A stretch of 64,000 nucleotides of DNA from the human T2T-CHM13v2.0 reference genome, Homo sapiens (GCF_009914755.1 NC_060928.1), one strand, 5' to 3'. Positions 1-13,200 are shown, counted from the stretch's first letter. A program made the numbers and translations. The notes: generated from the sequence alone by a model not told the origin.

Positions 1-1020
1 AAAGTCTTCTGCACGGCCAAAAAAAAAAAAAAAAAAGCTATCATCAGAGTGAACAGGCAACCTGCAGAATGGGAGAAACTTTTTGCATTGGAGAAAATTT
101 TTGCAATCTATCCATCTGACAGAGGGCTAATATCCAGAGTCTACAAAGAACTTAAATAAATTTACAAGAAAAAAGCAAACAACCCCATCAAAAAATAGGC
201 AAAGGATATGAACAGACACTTTTCAAAAGAAGACATTTATGCAGCCAACAGACACATGAAAAAATGCTCATCATAACTGGTCATTAGAGAAATGCAAATC
301 AAAACCACCATGAGATACCATCTCATGCCAGTTAGAATGGCGATCATTAAAAAGTCAGGTAACAACAGATGCTGGAGAGGTTGTGGAAAAATAACACTTT
401 TACACTGTTGGCGGGAGTGTAAATTAGTTCAACCATCGTGGAAGACAGTGTGGCAATTCCTCAGGGATCTAGAACTAGAAATACCATTTGACCCAGCAGT
501 CCCATTACGGGGCATATACCCAAAGGATTATAAATCATTCTATGATAAAGACACATGCACACGTATGTTTATTGCAGCATTATTCACAATAGCAAAGACT
601 TGGAACTAACCCAGATGTCCATCAATGATAGAGTGGATTAAGAAAATGTGGCATATGTACACCATGGAATACTATGCAGCCATAAAAAAGGATGAGTTCT
701 TGTCCTTTGCAGGGACATGGATGAAGCTGGAAACCATCATTCTCAGCAAACTATCACAAGATCAGAAAACCAAACACCACATGTTCTCACTCATAAGTGG
801 GAGTTGAACAATGAGAACACATGGACACAGGGAGGGGAACATCACACACCACGGCCTGTCAGGGGGTGGGGAGCAAGGGGAGGGATAACATCAGGAGAAA
901 TACCTAATGTAGGTGATGAGTTGATGGGTGTAGCAAACCACCATGGCACATGTATACCTATGTAACAAAACTGCATGTTCTGCACATGTAACCCAGAACT
1001 TAAAGTATAAAAAAAAAAAA
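1..1020 (+). mobile_element. LINE-1 3' end (primate L1PA, roughly L1PA6-8 like): decayed ORF2 C-terminus, 3'UTR and poly(A); continues beyond the left edge
   Basis: ORFs 292-609 and 625-807 translate to L1 ORF2p C-terminal sequence ([11 protein letters not shown]...CWRGCG...[11 protein letters not shown]...HMFSLISGS*), split by a premature TAA at 607-609. G-rich 3'UTR and A-tail at ~1009-1020. Confidence 0.97.
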
Positions 1021-1879
1021 TTGAGTCACCCACATCCCTGTCCTTTCAATAGTTGTCACTTACACCAAGATAGTAAATGGATTCCAGCTCATGAATTAAA
1101 TTCAAATGGTTGGGAGTCAGAGCTTGAGTCCCGTGTTGAGAAGGATTCTGGAGCCAAGACAAGGATACCTTGTATTATCATCAGTTAAAAGAGTTTAAAG
1201 ATTGACTTTGGGCGTTTGCTTTAGACACAGGTGAAGGGAGTTATCCATGCAAACCCTATATTTGCTGTTCTTGGTTTGTGCTATAATGCAGTCATGCCCT
1301 TAAGGACTGTTGAAAGATGTGTGGGGATGTTTTGTCTATAGCAAACCATTACAGAGTTTATGCTTTTGAATTCTCATGCTGGGGGAGAAGGAAAAGAAAA
1401 AAAAATAATAAAAATAGATCCCATACCTCTCTTTTTGTTACACCATCACCTGACTCTTTTTGTGCAGGTTTGCCCTTGGTAGCTACTCCACCCTCCTATA
1501 TGTGCTGTTTCTAATCTTCTATCAGTTAGCAAACCATGTAATCAAGCCCTTTGGAAAGAGTCAATATGATTCCAGGTCAGGGCTCACGGTCTATAGTATA
1601 GGTGAAATGTAAGAGCTTTGCCTCGCTGGATTTGTTGTTTCTGTTTTGGAGGCTCTGGTCTTCATTTTTAATGTCCTAGTTTCTCAGGTGTCTTCTAGAC
1701 GAGTGGAGGCTCTCACTGAGAAGTGGCCAATAGAGATTGATTATATAAGTGATGGGCCATGTAGAACATTTGCAGAGTTAAGGATTGTTTTATATGAAGG
1801 CATATGCCATATAAAACACCACCACAAATTACTAAAGACCCAGTTGAGTTACACTGGGGCAAATCCTAAAAGTCATTGT

Positions 1880-1985
1880 CATGTTATCCCAGTTTTACAG
1901 AAGAAACTGCTAAGGCTCAGGGAGCTGCGGTGGCCTGCTTAGGACCACACCACAACGTCAGTGACAGAGCTGAGCTTCCAGTCCA
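1880..1985 (-). mobile_element. MIR fragment
   Basis: Antisense MIR core-like sequence: atcccagttttacagaagaaactgctaaggctcagggag. Confidence 0.6.
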
Positions 1986-3169
1986 CTTGGGTGCATAAGG
2001 AAAACCACACAAATGTGTGGAAAAAAAGCCTTTATCATTCTCTGCTGCTCCAGCCACAGCCAGGATGTATTTTCTCCTCTTCTCCCAAATTACTAGACCA
2101 AAGAAACCAGAAATGGAGAGCTGCAAAGATGACACCTAACAGGCAGTAGGCCCACGGTATCATACCTCAATGCCAGTCTGTCGAGTAGATTAAATGCCTT
2201 ATGGTTCTGATGGCACTCTAGTTACTTAGGAGATAAGTTGATCCCTAGACAATAAGATTGTCATTTACCTGCAGAGCCTTCAGGCTGTATGACAACTTAT
2301 ATTTATGTATTTTGTTTTCAACTCTGCATCTTTATTCTCTGAGGTTCATAATAGGAATAATTTCATTACAGCAAATCCTCTTACATTTGGACTAAGGGAA
2401 TGTGGGGGTGGGGGACAAGAGGGGCAGTCTGAATTGGTGAGAAACCTAAACCAATTCAAGAGATAACATGTTTTTTAAATTTGTAATTTATCTGCCAGCA
2501 AAAACAAAAAGAACAAAAAGCTCTGAAGCAGCTGGGTGTCAAAGCAGTTCAAATAGGATTTGCAAAAAGAAGCACTGAGAAGCCATTGAGAAGGAAAAGC
2601 AATATAATTGCCCAAGATTTTAAGAAGCACTATCTGTGTTGTATTAAAGTTTACTCTGCAATTTGTACTCCCTGATAACAAAAATTTTCCAGATAGGACT
2701 CCAGTTGGATCTGCCTTCATTGAAATCAGAAATCCCCATCTGATCACAAACAATTTAGGTGCGGAAATTCCTCAAAGCCATTTTGCTCTAGGAAAAACAA
2801 AGGCTCCTACTGTCTTCTTGCTGTAAATCACTGGCTTTGGAAACACTTTCTTTAGTCTGGCCCAACCCAGGGAAAATATTCACAAATTCTACTTTTGTGG
2901 AGTCTAAAGGAAGGAGGTTTAAGTTACAAAACTGGATTGTTTTTCTCCACTTAACATAAGCAATCCCAATTCTTTGTGAGAAAGGCTTGAATGCTCTATG
3001 GAAGTTCTTGCCTAGGCTGATTTTTTTTTTTTTTTTTTTTTTTTTTGCATTTCCTCTCCTCATAGAGCAGGTGTCTTTTCCTCTAAGTGGTTGAAAGAGA
3101 GCTGTTATTCATAAGCAATTATGTGGGTGCTTAAATGATATGATGTGGCCACATAGTAAAGTCAATGAT

Positions 3170-3420
3170 GACTCATTCATTAATTCCACAAGTCTTTACG
3201 GAGTACCCACTCTGAGCCAAGTGCAGGGCTGGCTACGTGGTCAACCAGTGCTCCCCATCTGTCCTCTTGGGGTTTAAAACGGACTCAACAACAAGCAGAT
3301 GTTGCACAAATTAATATATAGTAATTAATTGTAACAAAAGCTACCAAGAGAAGCCCTGGATGCTCAGAGAACATAATGGGGAGACTTAATTAAGATAGGG
3401 GTGTCAGGACAGACTACAGA
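3170..3420 (-). mobile_element. L2 3' fragment
   Basis: cattcatt...tttacggagtacccactctgagccaagtgc resembles an antisense L2 3' end; boundaries approximate. Confidence 0.5.
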
Positions 3421-3611
3421 AAGAAGAATGGAAATAATGTGGCAGGGACAACAGCAGGAGAATAAACCATTCTTTAATATCTTAATTATGAAGACTTCTT
3501 CTTCCATTCTTCTATTAGAGTCCACCAAGAGAGGGTCATAGCAGATGCATGGCAGATGCTTGAGATTAGAAGTTGAACAAAGCACATCCTCTGTCAAAAG
3601 AGAGGGGGCAC

Positions 3612-3840
3612 AGGGTACTGCATTCTGGAGCCAGGTGCCAGGCTCCACATCCTGGCTCTGCCACTTGCCAGCAGGACAGCTTGAGCAAGTGGCTTCACCT
3701 CTCTGTGCTTCATTTATTTATTTTTAAAGCACGATATTAACTGCACTCACCTTGTAGAATTAAAGGGCCTTAAGGATTAAACGAATGAAAAACATAAAAT
3801 GCTTACTAGAGTAGTCCCTGGCACATGAGAAGGGCTCCAT
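3612..3840 (+). mobile_element. MIR
   Basis: ctggagccag...tcctggctctgccacttgccagc...cttgagcaagtggcttcacctctctgtgcttca...ccctggcacatga. Confidence 0.8.
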
Positions 3841-4389
3841 GATTGCAAATGACTGAAGAGTCATGAGAATGCAAAGAAGGGAACTATGGATTTTGCTAGA
3901 AAATGTATTAGAAAGGGGTTCAGCATTGCAGGAAATAAAAAGCAGGATACTACGCAAAGACAGCCCCACACTTTCACTTGGTACTTCCTGGCTTCCTACT
4001 CTTTGTGGTGTTGAATGGGCACAGTGACATCCTCAAGTGCTGTAACTGATGCATGTTTCTTACAAATGAGCGTTCACCGTTCAGTAGCACAAGGGGGTCT
4101 GGAGAAAACGCTTTGGAAGTATTTGCTGAATGAACGTACGAATAGAGCTTAGAAGTCACCTTGTCCAACGCAGCCCGATCCAGCTCAGATTGCTTGGAGA
4201 GCAGGGAACCTCTGGGAAAGGAGGAATGAATATCTCAAGCAAAACCCAAAGAACTTCAAAAATGAAATGGAGATAGGCACACTTAAATGGGATCCAGTGT
4301 GTCAACACTTTATTTTCTAATTAATTTGTATTGCTTCTGTATTTTACAACCCTTTTTATACCGTAGATTTAAAGTCTGCATCTCCTTTC

Positions 4390-4620
4390 ATTGATGTATT
4401 CATTCAGCAAAAACATATCCAGTGAATAACTTCTACCTGCCAAGCACTGTGCTGGGTACTAGGACATAAAGGTAGGCACCTCACTCTTCCTGCTTTCGAG
4501 GAGTTTATCATCTGGTACTTGGCACAAACAAGGGCACAGATTGATACACTAAGACAAGAGCAATGTGTCCTGTGATAGAAACCAACACAGGGGTTTTGTG
4601 GGAGCACAGAGATGCAATCT
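4390..4620 (-). mobile_element. L2 3' fragment
   Basis: attcattcagcaaaaacat...ctacctgccaagcactgtgctgggtactagg. Confidence 0.7.
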
Positions 4621-5131
4621 CCAATTTGGAATCGGTAAGATCCTTTTTTAATGCTCTGTTAAAATTAATTAAATATTAAGAGGGAAATTTAACATTTCCC
4701 TATTAAAAACAGAGAAACATTCCCTGATGTTGCAAAAAGAGTAGTTGCAAAAATAACTCAGGCTTGGATCTTTCAACTTTTGAATCAAGTTTCAGAGCAA
4801 AGTTTGAGAGCTTTTATAAAGTTTGCCAAAGGAGAAGAATAAACTAAGTATTATAATCCTTACTTGGTTTCACATTTTTCCCCCTGAATGATTATATGTA
4901 GAATTCACTCTAGGTAAAATGTTTCTGATGTTGTCTGGGAGAAAACAATGGTTGCCCAATTTCTGTTGCCATGTAAAATAATTTAAAGGTTAAAAAGCTA
5001 ATTGTGCTAACAATTGGGTCTATAGAAATTTAGCATGGGCGTGACTTGGCTTCAGAGAGCACTATGAAACAAAACCCAAAGACAGGTGTAACATCTAAAT
5101 ACAAAACTGGCAAAAACAGATCTTTTAGTAA

Positions 5132-5483
<352 letters not shown>

Positions 5484-6264
5484 TTATTTTGTAATTATTG
5501 AAATGTAGCCCCTGTTTTGCATTAAATTCATTCCTTCAATAAATACATAACCAGGGACCTAGCACTGCCCTAAGGGCAGGAGACCCAGAGGCAATGGGCA
5601 GATGTGCTCTGCTTCACAGCGCTCACACTTGTGCAAAACACCTGCAGGAGATAAAGATGACAAATAGCATATGTTGTCCATCTGTTTCCAAACAACTTTA
5701 CAATATTCTCACACCAGTGAAGTTAGCTAATTCCCAAATTTTCATCTATCCATCTGTCCATCCTTCTGTTAATTATTTGCTAAACATCTACTCTGTGCCA
5801 CTTTACTTTCTACATGTTTGAAGCACCCTAGCTTTCTCCTTTGTAGTAGTTATGTCAGTTGGAATGCATTACCCAATCATCTGTTTAGTGTCTTATAACC
5901 CTTCTATTCTACAAGGGATAAGAGGACAAGTATTCTACCTTGTGGGTGTACAAAAAAGATATATTTAATATTTGAAGATTGAACAAACAGATGAACTAAT
6001 AGTTTTTTGGTGAAGGAGGTGGGTAATAGAGAACTGTAATATAAGCTAGTCAGTGCAATAATGGAAATTCCTTAGATAGTTAGTGGATTATAGATCGTTA
6101 ACTGAAATATGAAGGACCTTCTAAGTTGCTGGGCTATTAGAGAGGCTTCAGGAACAATCCTGACTTTTTAGGAGGAGGAATATGCCACGAGGACAATATT
6201 AGGGATGAATGCTCAGTCTTCCTTCTTCATCATTATTTCTCAGATCCATGGGGTGAAGGGAAAG

Positions 6265-6495
6265 AATAGTAACAGCTAGCATTTTGTGACCATTTACTAC
6301 CAGCCAGACACTATTAAAACTACTTGTTATATGTTAAGTAATATAATCCGCACAGCAAAATCTATGAAGTGGGCATTATTTTTATCTTCAATCTCTGTAT
6401 AAGGAAACTTACTTACAAAGAGGTGAAGTGACTTGGCCCAGGTTTCACAGCTGGTAATTGACAGATACAGGATCAAACTCAGATAGTCTTGCTCT
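6265..6495 (-). mobile_element. MIR
   Basis: ctatgaagtgggcattatt...aaggaaact...aggtgaagtgacttggcccaggtttcacagctggta. Confidence 0.75.
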
Positions 6496-7103
6496 ACCTT
6501 TTCCTCTGAAAAGAGTAGATTCTATGCCAGAAGGCTGTCAATGAACCATGTATTTGATATCTTAGATCTAAGATTTCTATTTGAAATAGGTCCTTATTAG
6601 GAAATATTGTCATTTTTAGTTCAAATTCAACAATTTCAAGACAATTTTGTTTTCATTAAATTGAGTCAAATTTCACTCTAGGCTTGGAGTCCTTGTCCCC
6701 ATGATGATTACCCATTTAAGACAAACAGGACACCAGTTCCAAATGATGGTGGGAAGTTGAAAACTATAAGGAAAAAAAGAACAAAGCCAAGGAGATGGAC
6801 ATAGATGGAAACTGGAAGCATTTTGGATTTGACTAGGGAGTTTGGCAGTAGAGGAGAAGGAGAGGATATCTCTGTGATGTATGGACAATATTTTAAGAGA
6901 AAGAAATGAAAAGGCCATTTTAGGAGAAGCTGACTTTATTTCAGGAGACGGCAGGTAGGAAACTGGTATTTCACATAAAGGAGCTTACCTTTTATTATCT
7001 ACAAGAGGGAAAGGAAATGAACCTATGTGGAAAACAAGGCATGTTCAATGAGAAAGAAAGCAAAGGGGAAGTTTCTAGAGTGAGAGCTCAGGGGCACGGT
7101 AAC

Positions 7104-7506
7104 TGTGTTAGTCTGTTTTGCTTTGCTATAAAGGGAGACTTGAGAGGTTTAATTGGCTCATGGCTCTGCAGGCTGTATAGGAAGCATGGCATGGGTATCT
7201 TCTCTGCTTCCAGTAAGGGCCTCGGGGGGCTTTTACTCATGGCAGAAGGTGAAGCAGAAACAGGTGCATCACATGGCAAGAGAAGGGGTGCAGGAGAGAG
7301 AAGTGAGAGGTCCCAGACTCTTTTTAACAACCAGATCTCCTGTGAACTCAGAGTAAGAAGTCGCTCATTACCACAAGGATGGCACTAAGCCATTCATGAG
7401 GGACCCGCCCCCAAGACCCAATCACCTCCCACAAAGCCCCATCTCCAACACTGGATGTCACATTTCAACTTGAGATTTGAGGGGGACACATATACAAACT
7501 ATGTCA
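7104..7506 (-). mobile_element. MaLR solo LTR, MSTA/MSTB-like
   Basis: TG...CA termini (tgtgttagtctg...caaactatgtca), 5-bp target-site duplication GTAAC at 7099-7103 and 7507-7511, MST-type interior (ctcatggcagaaggtgaagcagaa). Confidence 0.9.
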
Positions 7507-8813
7507 GTAACTGTGTTGGGAAAGCAAGTACTTGAGAAGCAAAAAGGACACACAGAGTCACATTGAAAACAAGGCAGAGAGCTGGGACCAGGGGCCAGGG
7601 CACCTGCCTTAATATGAAAGAACATTAACAAAGGAAAGAAAATAGTAGCAAGAAACAATTACTAAAAGTAACTAAAGTGGGGGAGGGGGCATGACTTAGT
7701 ATAAAGAAAATTAAGTATCCATAAGTATGTAGAATTATTGCCTGTCAACTAAAAATAAAACAGAAAAAAATTAAGAACTGGTAGCCAAAAATAGAAATAA
7801 GACAATTCTGAAGTGGAAAGGAGAGTTGCAACACAGCACAACTTCAAAACTTGGTCTCATCTCCCAGAAACCAAATTGCCTCAGAAAGCCAAGTGCTTGG
7901 AGGGAAATTCATAGCAGTCCTAGATAATATGGGAGAGAGGAATGAGATCATGCCTACATTACTGAGCTAACTAGTAAGTCTGAACCTTCTAGCATGATTA
8001 ATATGACAAAGAACTGTATAGTAACTATGAGAATATACTACAGGAAAAGGAAATGTTAAGAAAAGGAGAGAACATAGCAGGTAAACGCACAAAAACCCAC
8101 TCCTAATGGAAAAAAATGTGAAAAAACAGGAAATACCCATAAAAACTTCATGATACAGAAGTTGATAGAAACATGAATTTAGTAAACTTAGAGCTCAGAG
8201 ACAAGATGATCAAATACCAGAAGGAGATAAATTGAAAATGAAAAGAAAGAAAATCTCACAAAAAAGCATGAAGGAACAAGATAACATTATCGCTGAACTA
8301 ATAATAATTCACTGGGCTTCCTTTCCATGGACCCAGCTTCAGGACCCTGTTCCTCCTCAATGACAGTGGCTCTCCAGGTGACCATGATCAATCATTTGGA
8401 GGTGGCTCTTGAAAGGAAGCCCATGGACCTTTCTCTTAAGGATATGTTTAATTATTGCCCCTCTTAGATTATGAGCTCCTGGAAAGCAGACATTATCTCT
8501 GCCTGCTTGATAGATGACCACGGGTAACTGCCACCCTCAGCAGTGAATAGACATTGGACAAATAAATCATTCACATCAAGATCAACATAGCATTTCATTC
8601 AGGCTCAAGTTTGAATAAAAAAGAAAATTGTAGAGGGGTGGCAAGAAGATAGTCTTTTTAATTTTTTTCTTTTTAGGGAATGAGTATGTTCTTCCACCTG
8701 AATAGCAGGATTGGTTAAACACCTTAACCTCCATGTATGATGCCTGGCAGAGCCACCTCTAAAGAACACCTTTCATATCATAGACTTGTATGTATATTTA
8801 TTACAACAATTTC

Positions 8814-8828
8814 CCGGTAGATGGCAGT
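8814..8828 (+). promoter_or_regulatory. Candidate CTCF core motif
   Basis: CCGGTAGATGGCAGT versus consensus CCASYAGRKGGCRSY (one mismatch). Motif match only; no binding data. Confidence 0.45.
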
Positions 8829-8902
8829 AAGCTGTCTTCGTCTACCACACAATCGGTTTATTACAACAATTCTCTAACAGATAGGGATAAAAGTATCTTT
8901 GT

Positions 8903-8925
8903 GGGGTGGGATGGGGTGGGGGGGG
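8903..8925 (+). other. Canonical G-quadruplex-forming motif
   Basis: GGGG-T-GGG-AT-GGGG-T-GGGGGGGG: four G-runs with 1-2 nt loops. Confidence 0.7.
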
Positions 8926-8989
8926 CACTTTTTCCTAATTCCAATGGAGGCTCCATATGTGCTAACTGCACCACCCAGAGCATGACATA

Positions 8990-9240
8990 CCTACGTTCAA
9001 ATCCTAATGCCACACTCCGTTACTAGCTGTATGTTCTTCAAAAAGCAATATAACTGCTCTGAGCTTCCTATTTTCAGATTCCTTATCCATATCAAAGGAT
9101 TGATAATAGTTCTTTTCTCACAGACAGGTATCAAGAAGTCATTAAGACAATGCAAGTAACACATTTAGCATGGCTAATTGGCACAAAATAAGGCCTAAAT
9201 GTTCTTTGCTATCATCATTATCATTATTATTTATTATTGT
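8990..9240 (+). mobile_element. MIR
   Basis: gttcaaatcctaatgccacactccgttactagctgtatg...atttagcatggctaattggcacaaaataagg...atcattattatt. Confidence 0.65.
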
Positions 9241-10143
9241 TAAATGGCACTAAAACTCTGATCCCTTTGCATTTTGCAAACCAAGAAGGCAAATTATTCT
9301 CAAAATAAATAGAGTATGCAGATCATGCCTAAAAATATAGTAATTATTTCAAGCTAATAAAATACATTTTGTATCTAAGCACTTCAAAATATTTTGTCTA
9401 TTCCAAGTATTATTTGCCATAGAAACATCTTAAAACAACCTCTTCATTTTGGTCTTTGGTACAGCGTAATTAACGTTGTTTAAATAAAAAAAAAACCCTG
9501 CCCAGTAATTAAATGCATCTCACAAATAAAGTGTCACGAATAAACTTAGCATATTATAATACATCATTTTATTTGCTGGCTTTTTTCTTACAGAGTCTTG
9601 AGATGCATTCTGAGAAATAATTTTTGTGTGTGTGCAATGGCAAATATAGCACCTAACCATGCTTTTTCATTGTTTCTTTGGTCTCTCCTAAACAACAAAC
9701 AGCCCTTCCAAGTGCTGCTTCTTGAGTAATTGTTTTTTGTCAATGTTTTGTCAACTTGTCAATTGCTCACACACAGTTTATGAACACTCTCACAGCACAG
9801 CTGTCTACGGTCTGACAGAGAAACCCATCCATTTGGAATGCCATTAAGTATGGTACTCCCGTTTGAAGAAGCTCTGTTTATACCTTGGAAGAGTGGGAGA
9901 GTGTGTGTGAGATTTATTGCTGCCACTTTGGTAAATTCTGGTTTTGACAGAATATTTTTGAATACAGAATGCCAACCAGTGTAGAGACACAAATGATGGG
10001 ACTTGCACTTCAATATTTCATCCCAAGCTCCAGGTGTTTTCTTAAAAAAGGGCTGATCTAATGCCATTAGGCCCTAAATCCGGTAACATGTCCATTTCGT
10101 TTTTCATGACCAACTTAATCATTAGGTATTTCACATGAACCAA

Positions 10144-10454
<311 letters not shown>

Positions 10455-10978
10455 TGAACCAATTTTTTGTCTTACACTTTCTGATAAGGTTTCTCTTTCA
10501 TAATTTCACATTTTAGCTTCCATTATCCTCTTCTATTAAACTAGTTCTTTTCCGATCATCTTCCATATCAGATATTCAGGTCAAGTAGCTTTCAGGCACC
10601 CTTATATTTTCCCTCTTCCACTCTCATCCTCATCCTGTTACTATTCTAGGTATCTTTAGGTAACCTCATTTGCTCTTAGTGGCCCAACTGATATATAGAC
10701 ATAAGCATAAACACTTAAGTTGGAAACAGAAAAACTCTTACTATTGTTGAAACAAAATAAAATCACCCCCTGCCCAACTCTCTACATTACCTGTGTTTAA
10801 TTTAGGCTTTGGCAAAAAGGAGCACAGGCAAATAAGTGCATTGATAGCTATGACACCTTTTAGGCAAAAGATCAAGTCCCGAGGATTCTGACTCCACTAA
10901 TTCAGAGTCTAAGCTAATTCACACAGTGGCTGAGGTTTCCTTTTACAATAGCTGTAGTAATTTTAAAAAAGGATTGGT

Positions 10979-11287
<309 letters not shown>

Positions 11288-11469
11288 GGATTGGTTAGGT
11301 AGATTCAAATATAAGCAAGACTGACAGAGTAATGTTTTACCTACTTACACTCAAAGAAAACCCGAGAGAAATAAGCAACAGGAGGTAAATTCAGGTTAAG
11401 ATAGGTATATTCAGAATCAACAGAAGCAGGGATCTTTTTCTATTTGGCACATCCAGGATTGTAGCTGAT

Positions 11470-11645
11470 CACATGAGCTTTGGGTCAGAGTTTAAATTTC
11501 AGACCTGTTGCTTGGTAGCTGTGTCTTTACCTTCATCTTTCTAAGTCTCAATGTTTTTGGTTGTATAATGGAATGATAACAGCATCTACTTCAAGAGCTG
11601 TCTTGAAAATCAGCAGAATGTAAGTAATTAGTCTGAGAGCCATTC
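11470..11645 (+). mobile_element. MIR (diverged)
   Basis: gagctttgggtcagagtttaaattt...ttctaagtctcaatgttttt...taatggaatgataacagcatctacttca. Confidence 0.55.
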
Positions 11646-12060
11646 CGGGTGGCTGGCAGACATCCGAGTGGCCTCAGAAAGTGGAGAGCACCCACTCTGG
11701 GGCTAGAATCTCTTTTAGCACTTTGCATTGATTCTTTAGATAGAATGAGACATCCTTTGACGCTCTTTATACCCCCAAATTTTGTTATTCTACGAAGTAA
11801 CCAAGCATTTGAGGACTGTTTAAGCATTGAAATGAAATGTGTAAAATCAATAGACTATCTACAAATTCCTTCACCCTTTCATTAAAGCACATCTCCAAAG
11901 ACTGGCTTCTAAGTTTCCATGACTTTTTCACAGTTCAGTTTTTTAAAATATGCTGTAATGTAGAAATCTCTCTTTCCGCTTTCTTTTTTTGTCTATTTCT
12001 CTGCTTGTTATCTTGATCTAGAACAAGTCAGTTTCAGAGTACTGTAAATTATATATTAAC

Positions 12061-12473
12061 TGTGGAATATTAGATCCTTCTTCCCAACTCTTTACTCCAC
12101 TCTTTTAATAGGCTTATATAAAAACACTTTGCCATGTGACATTGCAAACATTTTCAGAAAAACAGGTAGAGCAAACTTTCCCATGCGTTCAACTTTGAGC
12201 TTAGCTGTGTGACTTGCTTTGGCCAAAGGAATGTTACTGGTTCAACATGGCCTCTTGCACATCTGCCATAAGAAGAATATGGCCTGGGGAGCCACTGGCC
12301 CCTGAATGAATCTGATCTGCAGCTTGGAGTCAAGCCCTACCAATCCTAGCAGGGACCGGCGGAGTTACAGCTGACTTGCAGATTTAAGAGGAAGAAATCA
12401 ATATTTGTCCTTGTAGGTACTGAGATTTGGTGCTTTTTATGCAGTATTATCACAACAAATGCTAACCCCTGTA
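12061..12473 (+). mobile_element. Ancient MaLR LTR (MLT1I/J-like)
   Basis: tgtgtgacttgctttggccaagggaatg...gccataagaagaatatggcctgggg...tactgagatttggtgctttttatgcagtatt. Confidence 0.65.
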
Positions 12474-12589
12474 CGGGACCATCAAACAGCAAAAAGGAGC
12501 TGTAACTCCTTCCTCTGGTTCTCTTCCACAAAGTTCACATAGTTACAAACAATGGTCAATATATCAGATATTAATAGAAAAGGGGAAAA

Positions 12590-13200
12590 GCATGCAGCCA
12601 CTTTGGAAAACAGTCTGATGGTCCCTCAAAATGTTGAACACACACTTACCATATGATTCAGCAATACCACTACTAGCAATACCACTACACAAGAGAAATG
12701 CAAACATATATCCATGTAAAAACTTGTACATGAGTGGTCATAGCAGCATTATTCATATAGCCAAAAAATGGAAACAACCCATGTATTCATCAATTGAGGA
12801 ACAGTTAAACGAAATTTGTCACATCCATATAAAGGACTATTTGGTCAGAAAAAGGAATGAAGTACTGATATATAGTACAACTTGGAGGAAACCTGAAGAG
12901 ATTAAGTTCAGTGAAAGAAGCCAGTCACAAAATACCCCATGCAGGATGATTCTGTTTATATGAAATGTCCAGAATAGGCAAATCTATAAAGCTTGGGGAA
13001 GAAAATAAGAAGGTGACTGCTAATGAGTATGGAGTTCCTTCTTAGAGTGATGAAAATGTTCTAAAATTGATTATGATGATGGTTGTACAGCTCAATGAAT
13101 ATAGCAAAAATTATTGAGTTGTATACTTTAAATAGGTGAATTGTATAGCACATGAATTATGTCTCAATAAAGCTGACATATAAGAATAAAAATGAAAAAT
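12590..13200 (+). mobile_element. L1M (L1MB-like) 3' fragment
   Basis: ORF 12631-12963 resembles decayed ORF2p C-terminus (LPYDSAIPLL...AKKWKQP). 3'UTR gatgaaaatgttctaaaattgatt...gaattatgtctcaataaagctg. Confidence 0.9.

Noticed and set aside
292-807. Two ORFs with clear protein similarity
   Set aside because: Broken L1 ORF2p C-terminus with a premature stop; not a host gene.
7017-7388. 123-aa ORF with overlapping ORFs on both strands
   Set aside because: Lies mostly within the MST LTR; no domain-like content.
7990-8310. A-rich stretch resembling decayed L1 ORF1/HAL1
   Set aside because: Composition is suggestive but I found no diagnostic motif; left unannotated.
8797-8871. Repeat-spacer-repeat pattern superficially like a CRISPR unit
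   Set aside because: Only two 15-nt copies, the 'spacers' resemble each other, and the DNA is human; better explained as a tandem duplication.
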